NCBI RefSeq assembly: GCF_006345805.1 | Contig: NC_043017.1 | Coordinates: 930,001-994,000, forward strand | Direction: 5' to 3' | Source of the DNA: Octopus sinensis | Taxonomy: Eukaryota | DNA length: 64,000 nucleotides | Shown here: piece by piece, positions 27,373-42,171 of the stretch | How the letters are laid out: each line of letters opens with the position of its first letter | Position numbering within the stretch: the first letter of the stretch is position 1 | Made by a program: the position numbers and the translations under genes | Notes under the pieces: generated by a model | Seen by the model: only the letters and a program-made list of their open reading frames with translations | Told to the model about the DNA's origin: nothing | Database searches by the model: none

Positions 27373-28201
27373 AGTCCTTTTTTTCTTTATTTCTAGCCTC
27401 TCCCCATCACCCATTTGTTCAACAGTGATCGAGGGAATCCTTATTCAAATCCACAATAGCTTTGTCGTCTCATCGATTTTTCAGAATTGGTTGCCGCATT
27501 ATCTAACCTATCTTTCTGCCATTAACATATAACTAAATGGTTTAAGGAACATCTATTAGCTATTTCTAGCTCGTTAAATCACTTCTCACTCGAAAGAGCG
27601 ATTCCAACGAGTAAACACAGTGATTGTTTTCTTAATATTGGTCTTTGAATTTGGTATTGCCTTTATAAACAACCAGTTCACTAAGATCTCTCAAAATCAG
27701 CAAGAAAATACTTTGTCAGCGCTGACATGTGCAAACGCTAACATTTTAGTTGCTATTGCTGTTGTTATTGTTGACATTTTTGTTGTTGTTGCTATTTAGC
27801 CGGTGTTCAGCAATAATCGAAAAGACCGACTCATCAAACGGAATACAAAACCTGATTATTCTGTTGATGTTTATCTCCAAGTCAGAGCCAATGCATCAAA
27901 ATAATAGCTGAAAGCTATTTCTAACTGGGAACATCAGTTCTTTTTATGCGTCATAAAAAGTGTGTTTTAAAATATGGCATTCCCTTAAATGAGATGCAGG
28001 CAAAGCCACGTGGTTAAAAAGATCGTTTAGAGAACACGGGGTTTCAGGTTCAGTCACAATACGAGACACATGTGGCAAATGTTTTGTAGATATTCGGCCC
28101 TGAGCCAATAACAGATATGATTATAAAAGCCCTACCAATGCCGTCTAAGTGAATTTTGTACCAAAGTCTCTTTGGATTCCCGTCATGTACATATATTATA
28201 T

Positions 28202-28269
<68 letters not shown>

Positions 28270-28288
28270 CTATAATATAATATATATT

Positions 28289-28681
28289 GTCGTCGTCGTC
28301 GTGGCACTCCATCGAATACGACGACGATGGTTCGTTCATCCGATCAACGGAACAGCCTGCTCGTGAAATTACGTGCAAGTGGCTGAGCACTCCACAGGCG
28401 CGTGTACCCCTAACGTAGTTTTCGGGGTGATTCAGCGTGACACATATTGTGAGAAGGCTGGCCCTTTTAAATACAGGTACAACAGAAACAGGAAGAAAAA
28501 GTGAAAGAAAGTTGTGGTGAAAGAGTACAGCAGGGTTCCCCCCCCCACCACCACCAGCCCGCCGGAGCTTCGTGGAGCTTTAGGTGTTTCCGTTCAATAA
28601 ACACTCACAATCTGGGAATCGAAACTGAGATCCTATGACCGTCATTCCATTCTCCTAAATGCTGGGCCCTTGCACCTCCAC
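28289..28681 (-). mobile_element. SINE family C (tail type 2)
   Basis: Same head and centre as 31869-32060, but a different 3' half ending ...cgatggagtgccac(GAC)n. Confidence 0.85.
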
Positions 28682-29007
28682 AAAGATATATATATATATA
28701 TATAGATATATAATCAAAATAAGCAATAAGGATATCCAAAGGTAGTGTAGTAAAATTGTTTCATGCTACTTCATTTAATTAGACAATGTAAGTATTACAT
28801 CAATTTTAAAATGTAGAACACCGCAACTAAATGCAATGGTAGCCCTTGCGGTACATGCCATTTAATTCATACTCGTCCATATATGAACACAAAAACAGGG
28901 GAAATATTCACAAACGCGATCATAACTGCAAAAGCAGAAATTCTACTGCATCCAATGCCCAAATTGTAGCGATAATTTAACTGTTGATATTTCCTCCTCA
29001 GTCATTT

Positions 29008-29118
29008 GACACCCAGAAATGCAGACTCTGTGGAAAGAGTGTGAAAAATGTGAGCCACTTCGTAATTGGATGTCAGAACCTTGCACAAAAAGAATAGAAG
29101 TGCTGCCACGATGAAGCA
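29008..29118 (+). mobile_element. R4/Dong-like CCHC zinc-knuckle fragment
   Basis: DTQKCRLCGKSVKNVSHFVIGCQNLAQKE*KCCHD. Confidence 0.7.
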
Positions 29119-29726
29119 AAACTGATCTTCGCTTGATTTAAACGCAGAACATAAATAATTGAGCAGAAACGCCGCGAATTTTTGTGCAATGCTCCAACAA
29201 ATTATGCAATCATTTCAAAACAATTTCCAGGTTTTCTCCGCGGGAAGAAGTAAATCCCGAGGGAACAGCTAAAGATATCATCTTGCTTTTTGGTTTGGCA
29301 TAAAATTTAAAGTAAATTTATAGAAGTTAACGGTTAAATTACAATAAATATTTATTGGACAATATAACAATGTGTACAATATGGTTTCATTTGGTTTCTG
29401 TTACTCTGCATATCATGAAATGCAAGAAGATTTTTTTGGTCGGCCTCTCAGCTGTTCTGAACGTGTTATTGGAGATTTAGAGGCAGTACAATATTTTAAG
29501 AAGAGAAAGTAAAGAATCGGTTTACATTGAACGAAATGATAACCCTTTGCTACTCTCAAATGGATTTGTTTTCAAGGAACGAGAAGGCTGGATTTTATAA
29601 AATAAACGACATTTTGTACACACAAAAGCTGACACACACAAATTCAAGCACACACACACACACACACATACACATGTACACACATAAACACACAAATAGG
29701 CGCAAACAGATAAACTAGTTTGTATT

Positions 29727-29807
<81 letters not shown>

Positions 29808-29871
29808 GTAGTATTTACGTGTACAAGATAATTTAGTTTATATGTATATAATTATATATACAGGTATATGT

Positions 29872-29917
<46 letters not shown>

Positions 29918-30977
29918 TGTATGTACGTGTGTGTGTGTCTGTAATTCACACACACATGTATATATATACATTCATATATATATACGTATATATAAATATA
30001 TATTAAAATATTGACATTTTATATGTATTATACATAGGATATATATTATAATATATATATATCTATATATATATTATATATATATATATATATATAATAT
30101 ATCACCAATACAGCTTTTTTTCATCCCTCTTCCCGGAAGCCATATTCTGTAATATTAAATTGCATTTATAGGCCAATAAATTATATTTGCCATTTCAGGA
30201 AAATATTTGTTTTATCCAGGTATAATATTTTTTATTAACACATCCACGCACGCGCACATATACGCACACACATGCAAACACATATGCGCAGGCTTTACAC
30301 ACACACATACACACATTTACTAGCACACACATGCACACACATATGCATATATACGCGCAGGCACACACTCACATACTGAGTCGTGTGCACTCAAATTTGC
30401 GAACACACACAAGCAGAAATTCCCTAATGCACACTCTGCTGTACAGGAGCACACACACACACACACAGAGACACACAAACAAACACACATACATACACAC
30501 ACACACCCAACACACACACACACCACACTCTCTCTCTCACACACACATCGAAGTGGATAATTCGCGTTCGCCATCATTGAAATCATTCTGGTAGTGAAAA
30601 TTCTAATAGAAAGCTTTAAGCAGCAAAATGATAATAATATAATGAACCTTGCCAAAAAATCGATTGATGCGTGATGGAACAATCGCAACCTATTGGAAAG
30701 GAAATACAGTATGAGTGGAATCGTTGCTGGCAGGATTTCGCGAAAAATTCGCTCTGCTAAACTGTAATTCTTGTAGTGAAGCCATACAGAAAACAATTAA
30801 CTGCAACTCGAAAGAAAAGATAGTTCGGCTTTAATCTAATCCAGTTTCACAGAAACCATCGGCTTTCATTCTAATTCCTCTGGTTAACTTCAAAAACATT
30901 TAGGTTACAATCGGTTTGTTTGTGTGATTTTTGCCCGCGAATAAATGAAGAAAAAATTATTATTATTATTATTATTA

Positions 30978-31027
<50 letters not shown>

Positions 31028-31348
31028 ATTATTATTATTATTATTATCATCATCATTATTATTATTATTATTATTAATAATAATAATAATATTTTTATTA
31101 TTACTATTAGTTACTTTGCTTTGTATTGGCATTGATGGTTCCTTTCACCTGAATGTATGGAATACAATTGAACACTACAAAACCCTCGAAGTCACCCTAG
31201 ATTCGTGTATTGCCCTTTAGGGTACATTACTTCGTAGTGCCACTGCTATAATGTTCATGCTTTTCAACAAAAGACGTATTAATGGCCGGATTCCAATATT
31301 TCTTTTCTTTTGTTTGATTTTCCTTTATTTCATTATATTTTATTTTAT

Positions 31349-31446
31349 TTTATTCTATTTTTAAGGTAACATTTGTTGATATTTTCACTGTAGTTATTGC
31401 TGAATGTTATGTAGATATACATAAATGTGTGTGTATGCGCGCGCGC

Positions 31447-31481
<35 letters not shown>

Positions 31482-31625
31482 TGTGTGTTTGTGTGTTTAT
31501 GTGTGTAGACTCAGTCATAGCTGTGTGGTAAGAAGCTTGGCAACATAGACACGTGTCTTCTATTATATCCTCTGGCCGACCCAAATCCATCTGACTGGAT
31601 TTGCGTGACGGAAACTGAAACTGCA

Positions 31626-31673
<48 letters not shown>

Positions 31674-33314
31674 GGTGCTGTTGGCAATTTCTTTCCTTTT
31701 TAGGACTTTTTACATTTTACTTTTCGATGAAGAGCTAAACACGAAACGTCAACACGTCTCTCTTTCAACAGAGCTTCAAACTAATACTTTTCTTGTGCAC
31801 GTCTTTTTGTTGTCTGTGATCGTTAATTTTATTATTCATTTATTTGATTCGGCCCTATGTATATAGAGAAGCAGTGGCGCAATGGCCCAGTGGTCAGGGC
31901 AGCGGACTCGCGGTCGGAGGATCACGGTTTCGATTCCCAAACTAGGCGTTGTGTGTGTTTATTGAGCAAAAACACTTAAAAGCTCCACGAGTCTCTGGAA
32001 GGGGGTGGTGGCGACCCTTGTTGTACTCTTTCGCCACAACTTTCACTCACTCTCTCTTCCTGTTTCTTGAGTAAAGCTGCGATGGACTGGCGTCCCGTCC
32101 AGCTGGGGGGGATATACGCCACAGAAAGCGGGAAACCGGGCCCATGAGCTCGGGTAGGCTTGAAAAGGGCGACGTTTATCGTTAGAAAACTAAGGACTGG
32201 TATCGGTTCTACTAAAATGTCTTCGGGTCGGTGCCCAGTATACATACACACACACAACACACACATACAAATACACGCACAAACACACATGCACACTCAC
32301 ATATGTATGTGCGTGCGTCTGTGTGCGCATTTGTGTGTATGTGTGTATATATGTAGGTATGTATGTTTATATGAATATATTGTTCATGGCTTTTAGTTTC
32401 TGCCACTGATAAACATGCGCTGATTTATTAAATAAACGTTTTAAAATATAATCATTTCGATTGGACTAAAGTGTAAAGACGCCCAAACTGTATCCTCCCT
32501 CCGTCTCCCTCTCCAAACTCTCTCACTCAGTCCTTCCTCCTCCCCTCTTTCTGTATCTCTGACCTTCAAATCATGTTTTAGGATTAAATATTCTTTTTCT
32601 ACGTGTGTTTTCTTCACATTACTGCTGTTTCCCCATGTTTCACTATATTACACCACAGATCAGTGTATCTTTAATCCGAAAACTAAAGACGTTTTCATCC
32701 TGAGGGTTAACAATTTGCCAAACAGACAGGATTATATTATAAACAATGATATTACCTTAATTGAATAAATCAATTAAAAGCAAAGACGCATTTGTTTCTT
32801 TCTCATCTTGAAGTGCAATCAGACTTTCTTGCAGGCATAATATAAAAACCTTGAATTGTTACTAAATAAGAAATCCAAATTGTAATTAGAGTCAATTATT
32901 TACTTGTTAGTCAGGAATAATGACCTCAGAGTTTGTCTGAACTGATATTCCGAATTGCACGAAATATTACATTTATTATTCGTAAAAGTAGGCATACCGT
33001 TGCTTTATGATGAGAGGAATATAAGGTCAAGGCGGCGAGCTGGCAGAAACGTTAGCACGCCGGGCGAAATGCTTAGCGGTATTTCGTCTGCCGCTACGTT
33101 CTGAGTTCAAATTCCACTGAGGTCGACTTTGCCTTTCATTCTTTCGGGGTTGATTAAATATGTACCAGTTACGCATTGGGATCGATATAATCGACTTAAT
33201 CCGTTTGTCTGTCCTTGTTTGTCCCCTCTGTGTTTAGCCCCTTGTGGTAGTAAAGAAATAGGTATTTTGTCTGTCGCTACGTTCCGAGTTCAAATTCCGC
33301 CGAGGTCGACTTTG
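31349..33314 (+). repeat. ~1.96-kb direct duplication, copy 1 (pre-gap)
   Basis: Near-identical to 33415-35373. Confidence 0.95.
31869..32175 (+). mobile_element. tRNA-derived SINE, family C (tail type 1)
   Basis: gcaatggcccagtggtcagggcagcggactcg...gtttcgattccc...aagctccacgag...ctgcgatggactggcgtcccgtccagctggggg...gaaaccgggccc. Duplicated at ~33927-34232. Confidence 0.85.
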
Positions 33315-33414
33315 NNNNNNNNNNNNNNNNNNNNNNNNNNNNNNNNNNNNNNNNNNNNNNNNNNNNNNNNNNNNNNNNNNNNNNNNNNNNNNNNNNNNNN
33401 NNNNNNNNNNNNNN
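33315..33414. other. Assembly gap (100 N)
   Basis: Run of exactly 100 N. Confidence 1.
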
Positions 33415-35373
33415 TTTATTCTATTTTTAAGGTAACATTTGTTGATATTTTCACTGTAGTTATTGCTGAATGTTATGTAGATATACATAAATGTGTGTGT
33501 ATGCGCGCGCGCGCGGCGCGGTGTGTGTGTGTGTGTGTGTGTGTGTTTGTGTGTGTTTGTGTGTTTATGTGTGTAGACTCAGTCATAGCTGTGTGGTAAG
33601 AAGCTTGGCAACATAGACACGTGTCTTCTATTATATCCTTGGCCCGACCCAAATCCATCTGACTGGATTTGCGTGACGGAAACTGAAACTGACCTATATA
33701 TATATCAATATAAGATATATATATATATATATATACCGGTGCTGTTGGCAATTTTTCCCCTTTTAGACTTTTTACATTTTACTTTTCGATGAAGAGCTAA
33801 AACGAAACGTCAACACGTCTCTCTTTCAACAGAGCTCAAACTAATACTTTCTTGTGCACGTCTTTTTGTTGTCTGTGATCGTTAATTTTATTATTCATTT
33901 ATTTGATTCGGCCCTATGTATATAGAGAAGCAGTGGCGCAATGGCCCAGTGGTCAGGGCAGCGGCCTCGCGGTCGGAGGATCACGTTTCGATTCCAAAAC
34001 TAGGCGTTGTGTGTGTTTATTGAGCAAAAACACTTAAAAGCTCCACGAGTCTCTGGAAGGGGGTGGTGGCGACCCTTGTTGTACTCTTTCGCCACAACTT
34101 TCACTCACTCTCTCTTCCTGTTTCTTGAGTAAAGCTGCGATGGACTGGCGTCCCGTCCAGCTGGGGGGGATATACGCCACAGAAAGCGGGAAACCGGGCC
34201 CATGAGCTCGGGTAGGCTTGAAAAGGGCGACGTTTATCGTTAGAAAACTAAGGACTGGTATCGGTTCTACTAAAATGTCTTCGGGTCGGTGCCCAGTATA
34301 CATACACACACACAACACACACATACAAATACACGCACAAACACACATGCACACTCACATATGTATGTGCGTGCGTCTGTGTGCGCATTTGTGTGTATGT
34401 GTGTATATATGTAGGTATGTATGTTTATATGAATATATTGTTCATGGCTTTTAGTTTCTGCCACTGATAAACATGCGCTGATTTATTAAATAAACGTTTT
34501 AAAATATAATCATTTCGATTGGACTAAAGTGTAAAGACGCCCAAACTGTATCCTCCCTCCGTCTCCCTCTCCAAACTCTCTCACTCAGTCCTTCCTCCTC
34601 CCCTCTTTCTGTATCTCTGACCTTCAAATCATGTTTTAGGATTAAATATTCTTTTTCTACGTGTGTTTTCTTCACATTACTGCTGTTTCCCCATGTTTCA
34701 CTATATTACACCACAGATCAGTGTATCTTTAATCCGAAAACTAAAGACGTTTTCATCCTGAGGGTTAACAATTTGCCAAACAGACAGGATTATATTATAA
34801 ACAATGATATTACCTTAATTGAATAAATCAATTAAAAGCAAAGACGCATTTGTTTCTTTCTCATCTTGAAGTGCAATCAGACTTTCTTGCAGGCATAATA
34901 TAAAAACCTTGAATTGTTACTAAATAAGAAATCCAAATTGTAATTAGAGTCAATTATTTACTTGTTAGTCAGGAATAATGACCTCAGAGTTTGTCTGAAC
35001 TGATATTCCGAATTGCACGAAATATTACATTTATTATTCGTAAAAGTAGGCATACCGTTGCTTTATGATGAGAGGAATATAAGGTCAAGGCGGCGAGCTG
35101 GCAGAAACGTTAGCACGCCGGGCGAAATGCTTAGCGGTATTTCGTCTGCCGCTACGTTCTGAGTTCAAATTCCACTGAGGTCGACTTTGCCTTTCATTCT
35201 TTCGGGGTTGATTAAATATGTACCAGTTACGCATTGGGATCGATATAATCGACTTAATCCGTTTGTCTGTCCTTGTTTGTCCCCTCTGTGTTTAGCCCCT
35301 TGTGGGTAGTAAAGAAATAGGTATTTTGTCTGTCGCTACGTTCCGAGTTCAAATTCCGCCGAGGTCGACTTTG
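33415..35373 (+). repeat. ~1.96-kb direct duplication, copy 2 (post-gap)
   Basis: Near-identical to 31349-33314; 1-bp indels cluster in its first ~600 bp. Confidence 0.95.
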
Positions 35374-35385
35374 CCTTGCATCCTA
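35087..35385 (+). mobile_element. tRNA-derived SINE, family B (with internal ~183-bp repeat)
   Basis: ggcggcgagctggcagaaacgttagc...gagttcaaattcc...gaggtcgactttgcc; the B-box unit recurs 184 bp later. Many other copies, e.g. 12162-12380, 17440-17830, 19130-19325, 24755-24965, 33028-33314, 36530-36700, 41200-41395, 52790-53955, 54670-54870, 55420-55660, 63245-63480. Confidence 0.9.
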
Positions 35386-37043
35386 GAGATGAAAAGAATA
35401 TTTTGTCTGCTACAGACTCTTCTGTGCTATTTAACATTATGATACTATGAGAAAATGGCAGTCTAAAAGCGTGTGGCGTACTTAGCGTTGATAGACTCTG
35501 CCAACGCTCCTATAATGCCAATCTCATAGCCTTATGATGTTCGCAGAGTACATCCGCGCTAACTACGACATACAGAATGCTATTCGTTATTATATGCCTA
35601 TCTATCTCCCTATCTCTCTCTCTCTCCCTCTCTCTCTCTCTATCTCTCTCTCTCTCTCTCCCTCTCTCCTCTCTCCTCTCTATATATATATTATATTATA
35701 TATATATATATATATTATATATATATATATATATACACATATATATCAGATAGGTAGATTTAATCAAGAAGAATGATATGGCGTTTTGGCGAATAGGGAA
35801 TTTAAAATATATTAATTAAATTGTTTATGAAATAACCGGAGGAAAACGTTGATATGTTCAATTAAGCAAGACACGTTGGGCCTGATTACACTGACGGCTT
35901 CGGGGTGCAGCGCTGGTGTCACTGTTGATGGTGGTGTCGGCGGTGTTGGTGCTGGCAAGGATGGCGGCGGTGGCCAATGTTGGGGTTGTTGTATTTATCA
36001 GCTTCAAGAATATTTATTCTAATAGATTCCAAATAAAGATATCTATATCGTATGTGGATAATATTTATCTAGTTTGAACATATATACGATTAATATCGTT
36101 TTGAGGGAGTGATTGCATCATAACTCTGAAATTAAAATAACTAATTAATTATCATTATCACTATTGGAATATTTTATCAGTTTGAATTATAATTAATTAT
36201 AAAATCGTTTCTGCGTTATATAGTATATATTTAATGTGCACAGTTTTCGATTAAAATGGAAAGGGAACGGAAATCACCAGTGGGTTAGATTTCCTCCGAA
36301 TGTTTTCCCGTAATATAAATAGGTTAAGAGGCATTTTTCCGGTTCGTTACCTCCTGAATTCAAAGTTTTATCTTTACCTTTCATCCTTTCTTGGTCGCTG
36401 AGATGCAGCACTAGTCGTGGACCGGTTCCTTGTAACCGATTTATCTCATACCTTCTTAAATATAAAAAAATAAACGCTGGCCGTTTATTAAAGTTTGAAA
36501 TACCTATACCATAATATAAAATGGTAGGCAGGCGAGCTGGGAACATTGTTATCGCATCGGACAAAGTGTGAAACTGAATCTCTTCTGGCTATTTACTTTA
36601 TGATTTCAAATACCGCTCAGTTCAAATTCGACATTCATCCTCTACGCATCGATAAAATAAAGTACCAGTCGATCGTCCCCTCCCCTCGCCTCAAATCTGC
36701 TTGCAGTGAAAGTGCAACTGTCCCGCGTCACTCTCTGAGGGTATTTGTACAGTTATCGGTGACTTGTTTACCATGGAAGCAGGGCAAGCTGCCTTATGCC
36801 TCTCAGGGCTCCAGATAAAGGGACGTCTGCTTCCTAACCACATGGTTCCAGGTTCAGTCTCATTGCGTGGCACCTTCGTCAAGTTTCTTCTATTATGACC
36901 TCGGGCCGACTAAGGACTTCCGAATGAATTTGGTAGAGGGAAACTGAAAAAAAGCCCATCGTGTGTGTGCGTGCGTGTGTGTTTGTATTTGTGCCCTGCC
37001 AACCGGTGTTTGTTATATTTTGCGTCTGTGATCGATACGCTAT

Positions 37044-37458
37044 AGGCGCAGGAGTGGCTATGTGGTAAGTAGCTTGCCTGCCTACCACGTGGTTCTAGGT
37101 TTAGTCCCAACGCGTGGCACCTTGGGCAAGTGTCTTCTACTATAGCCTCATCCGACCAAAACCTTGTGAGTGGATTTGGTAGATGGAAACTGAAAGAAGA
37201 CCGTCGTGTATATATATATATATATATATATGTAGGTGTGTGTATATGTTTGTGCGTCTGTGTTTGCCCCTCCCCCCCATCATCGCTTGACAACCGATGC
37301 TGGTGTGTTTACGTCCCCGTAACTTAGCGGTTCGGTAAAAGAGACCAATCGAACAAGTACTAGGCTTAAATGAATAAGCTCTGTGGTTGATTTGCTGGAC
37401 TAAAGTCGGCGCTCCAGCAGGGCCACAGTCAAATGACTGAAACAAGTAAAAGAGTAAA
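37044..37458 (+). mobile_element. SINE family A, full-length copy
   Basis: aggcgcaggagtggctatgtggtaag...gtggcaccttgggcaagtgtcttctactatagcc...ggcgctccagcagggccacagtcaaatgactgaaacaagtaaaagagtaaaa. Confidence 0.9.
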
Positions 37459-37880
37459 ATAGATCGACTAAAATTTCTTGTAGGTGGTGCCCCAAGATGG
37501 CTGCAGACGGAGGACGGAAATAAGTAAAAGCTAACAAATAAATAGGGACAATTTGGACTAAAATAATTTGTTGTGGTATGTGTCCCTATAAAAATTCATA
37601 CCTTCAAATTTTTAATATTCCCAAAGCCAATACTCTTCGCAATTCTTTTTTTTGGCATCACATTATCCAGTTCGTGCTCCGTCGTTGAAAATGATTTATG
37701 CCTCATCTCTCAAAGTTCCTAAATTTTTAAAACGTACGCATGAATATATTTGTTCTATTTAAAAACATGATCACAGTATTTACGTCAAAATGAAATAAAT
37801 GGAAATTACTGAATTACTAGTTACTCTCATTTTTTTACTACTACTACTACAACTACTACTACTGCTGCTGCTGCTGCGAC

Positions 37881-37946
<66 letters not shown>

Positions 37947-38707
37947 TGTTGTTTTTGTTGTTATCTTTGGAATTTAACGAGGTTTATGATGATTTATAGA
38001 ACTAAAATGAATATACTTGAATAAGATATTGGCAATAAAATATTGGATTAGAATTTATATTCTTCATGTAACAGATACTGGAAATGGAAAATGGTATATT
38101 AAAAAGTAATGTATAAAACTTAGGTTAATAGAAAATATATTGTTTCCACATTACGATAGATTCATCGTACGTGTTGCACGATATAAAAAAAATAACATAA
38201 CGAACGACATGATATCTTTCCAGCAGAGGCTAAATATTCTGCATATTTCATTTGAAATATGATTTCAGAATGAAAGTAATTGCAAAAATTAAATTTGCTA
38301 ATTATAGTTTATAGTGTATTTATTTAAGATATTTCGAGATATCAAGCTATAGGAAAAGAATATATATTTTGTTGTAGAAAATATAATAAATTTAATAAAT
38401 AATAATGGCATAACATGACACGTTACTTTCGTATCTTCGCATTTTTTGAATATATGTATTTACATGAATATATGTATAAATATGAAGTACTGATACTTTA
38501 TACTCATTTCTTCATCGATTCATATGTATGTAATTTTTCTTCTTTCAATCAATAGATTGCGTCCATGCTGTGGCACATAATTGGAGAATTGGTTTCGAAC
38601 GAGTCGACGCCATTTTATAGTCTTGCTGTTATTCTATCGGTTTCTTTTGCCGAAACACAATGGCGAGGGATAAGTAGTCACAAAGTCAAACACACGCACA
38701 CACAGAC

Positions 38708-38760
<53 letters not shown>

Positions 38761-38909
38761 TACACACATACTTATACAACCACAGCGAAACACACAAACA
38801 TACACGCCCACGCACACACACATATAAAGAATAGGATTATCTTAGTTTCCTCTACACAATCCACTCAGAAGGATTTGGTCGTCTTGTGACTAGAGTATGT
38901 GTTTTAACG

Positions 38910-38969
<60 letters not shown>

Positions 38970-38992
38970 CTATGTATGTATATATATATTAT

Positions 38993-39030
<38 letters not shown>

Positions 39031-39050
39031 TATCTATATATATATAATAC

Positions 39051-39098
<48 letters not shown>

Positions 39099-39699
39099 TT
39101 ATATATATGAGCTTCTTCCTTTTTCCATCGTTTGACAACCGGTTTTCATTTTGTTTACATTCCAGTAACTTAGCAGTTCGGCAAAAGAAAACGATGGTAT
39201 CAGTACCAGGCTTTAAAAGTAAATAAAAGTAAATGTCGATTGATTCGACTATAGATATAAGACTGCAGTTCTGCATTCTCATAACTGAAGCCAACGACCA
39301 GAAACGATATATTGCCGTGCAAGTGAATATGTAACTGCATAAACATACGTGTATGATATGTGTATCCTAACTCTCCATTCGTTTCTGAAAATATTATTAG
39401 GCTTCTATTCAGATAGTTCAACTCTAGTCTAGACGATGATTTGCGTGCAATCAAACTATCTGATAATGTCTGACATTTTAACACAATCACTGACAACAAC
39501 TGATTTTTCTCTGTCTTGCCACCTCAGTGGTTTTGTTGACATTCTGTTGACGCTGGCGTTTGTAATATCTGTCCGCATCCGGTTTTCGATGTAGCAATAT
39601 GTGAGCGGTGGGGGGGGGGCGATGTCTAGCTACACATTTCTCTAACCATCTCTTTAACGATTTCTAGTTCTCTTTCGCTCTTTCACTGTACAACTCTTA

Positions 39700-40100
39700 T
39701 TTCTGTATTGCTCACAAGGAGCTGAACAGGGGTGGACAAACAAAAGGATTAACTCGATTACATCGACCCCAGCGCGTAACTGGTACTCAATTTATTGACC
39801 CCGAAGGGATGAATGGCAAAGTCGAGCTCGGCGGAATTTGAACTCAGAACATAACGGCAGACGAAATACCTTTGTGTTTCTATCTACAAGGGATAAACAC
39901 ATAGAGGACAAACAAGGACAGACAAATGGATTAAGTCGATTATATCGACCCCAGTGCGTAACTGGTACTTATTTGATCGACCCTGAAAGCATGAAAGACA
40001 AAGTCGACTTCGGCGGAATTTGAATTCAGAACGTAGCGGCAGACGAAAGTACCGCTAAGAATTTCGCCCGGTGTCCTAATGTTTCTGCAAGATCGCCGCT
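39700..40100 (-). mobile_element. SINE family B, dimeric copy
   Basis: Same architecture as 26955-27372. Confidence 0.88.
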
Positions 40101-40549
40101 TTAGTAAAATTAAATATTTAGACAGAATTTACAGGTCAATACGCTGCTACTTTTTTTGGTATTCTATTCTGCTTCAGGTAATACAGTGGTTCGCCAAAAC
40201 AATATTTGATGGAAGAAATATTTTTTTTCAATACTTTTTAACAAAAAATAAGAAAAAATAATAAAATCGATATTTACAACTTCATATAGTTCAATAAAAG
40301 ATGATACTATTTCTGCCGAATGTCTGAATCTTCTGTCTGTCTGAAATCTCAACTCTGATTAAAGAACAAAAAAAAAAAAAGAAAGAAATCTCTTAACAGA
40401 GGATTAAATATATCACGTGATGTTTACCTAGATCTTTCCAGTTTATTAAAGTGGACTTTCATTCTAATGCATATTTTCTATGAATAACACACACACACAA
40501 ACATATATATATACACATCCAAACACACACACACATGTATGTATATATA

Positions 40550-40607
<58 letters not shown>

Positions 40608-41820
40608 CATACATATATACATACACTTTCAATAAATCTATATAATAGAAACCGATATATTGGTTAGTTGGTTGGTCGATCGGCTACTGGTTCTCCAGTG
40701 ATGCTTGACATTGTATGGAAAGAGAAAGAGAGAGAGAGAGAGAGAGAGGATGAGAGAGAAAGATAAGGGAGAAGGAGAGATAGAGAGAGGCAGAGAGTGA
40801 GAGAAGATTAATATTGGCAGGCAATATTATTGATTGAAGTCAAATTTTAACTTTTGTATATATGCTATTTTTTCTGAGTTTTATCCATAGAGTTAAAAGT
40901 ACACATCCAAAGTGACGAGTACCACTAGAGGTACTCGTATAATTACCACAGTACTTGCTGTATATGAACTTTTTAAAAACCTAGTTTCTGTTCAAGGTGG
41001 ACCCCTATCATAACCGAATTCTACTGACTGAAGCAGGAAAAAATGAGATGCAATAGTACATAAATACCCTGTGTTTCAAGGTAGGATATTTCCGTCGCAT
41101 TTATGTATCAAATTCACTAATAAAATAGCATTCGGTTTTTCATTCGAGGCTAACCACAGCAGCTTAAGTTTCGTTGTTCTAACAGCCATAAGACAACAAC
41201 AATATTCCAGGCGAAATTCTTAGCGGTATTTCGACTGCTGCTACGTTTTGAGTTCAAATTACGCCGAGGTCGAGTTTGCCTTTCATCCTTTCGGAATCGA
41301 TTAAATTAAGTACCAGTTACGCACTGGAATCAATCTAATCGACTGGCTCCTTTCCCCAAAATTTCGGGCCTTGTACCTAGAGTAGAAAATAATATTTTTA
41401 ACCTCAAATCAGAAACGATCAACAAGTCTGCCATCTCGTCGCTAAGAGAACGATTACAACTTCTGCAAATAGTTTTCTTTTTTTTTCTTTCTGTTTGTTT
41501 CTTTCTGTCTATATTTTTTGATTTTGTAAAGAAACCCACTGGATTGTTTATTTTAAAGTCCTTTCAATGTGTGCAATACTTTTCTGGCCCTAAGCGTCGG
41601 GAAGACACTCAGCAAGAAATGGAAACAATATTGAAATTAAATAACTACTACTACTACTAATAATAATAATAATAGTGATTTCAGATTTTGGCACAAGGCG
41701 GGGTAAGACAATCACGTCGACTCCATCTCAAATGGTTCCTCAATATCATAGTTTAAATGATGCGATGCATACAGATGCAAGAACATCTGTGTTTGGAGTA
41801 AAAGAACTCTATTTAATTTT

Positions 41821-41957
41821 TTAAATGCGAGGAACGCATTTTTGGTGGAATTGTTCTAACAATTTAAAATGCCTTTTATAACAAGTCCATGTTACACAAG
41901 AATACAACAGGGATGGTAAGACAAATAATTTGTAAAGAGCCAGCTTTGTATTCTTTG

Positions 41958-41958
<1 letters not shown>
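41821..41958 (-). mobile_element. RTE-clade LINE RT C-terminal fragment
   Basis: [42 protein letters not shown], typical of the RTE motif TK..Y...VL..LLYG.ETW. Confidence 0.8.
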
Positions 41959-42026
<68 letters not shown>

Positions 42027-42112
42027 CACACATACGTAAATGAATACATGCATATATTTAGATTTTTTATATAAACTGGTGTGTAGATTTGAGATAGTGC
42101 AGTCCCTAGTCC

Positions 42113-42171
<59 letters not shown>

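Noticed and set aside
40915-40938. 9-bp hairpin ACGAGTACC/GGTACTCGT as a Helitron 3' end
   Set aside because: No CTRR terminus at the expected distance on either strand.
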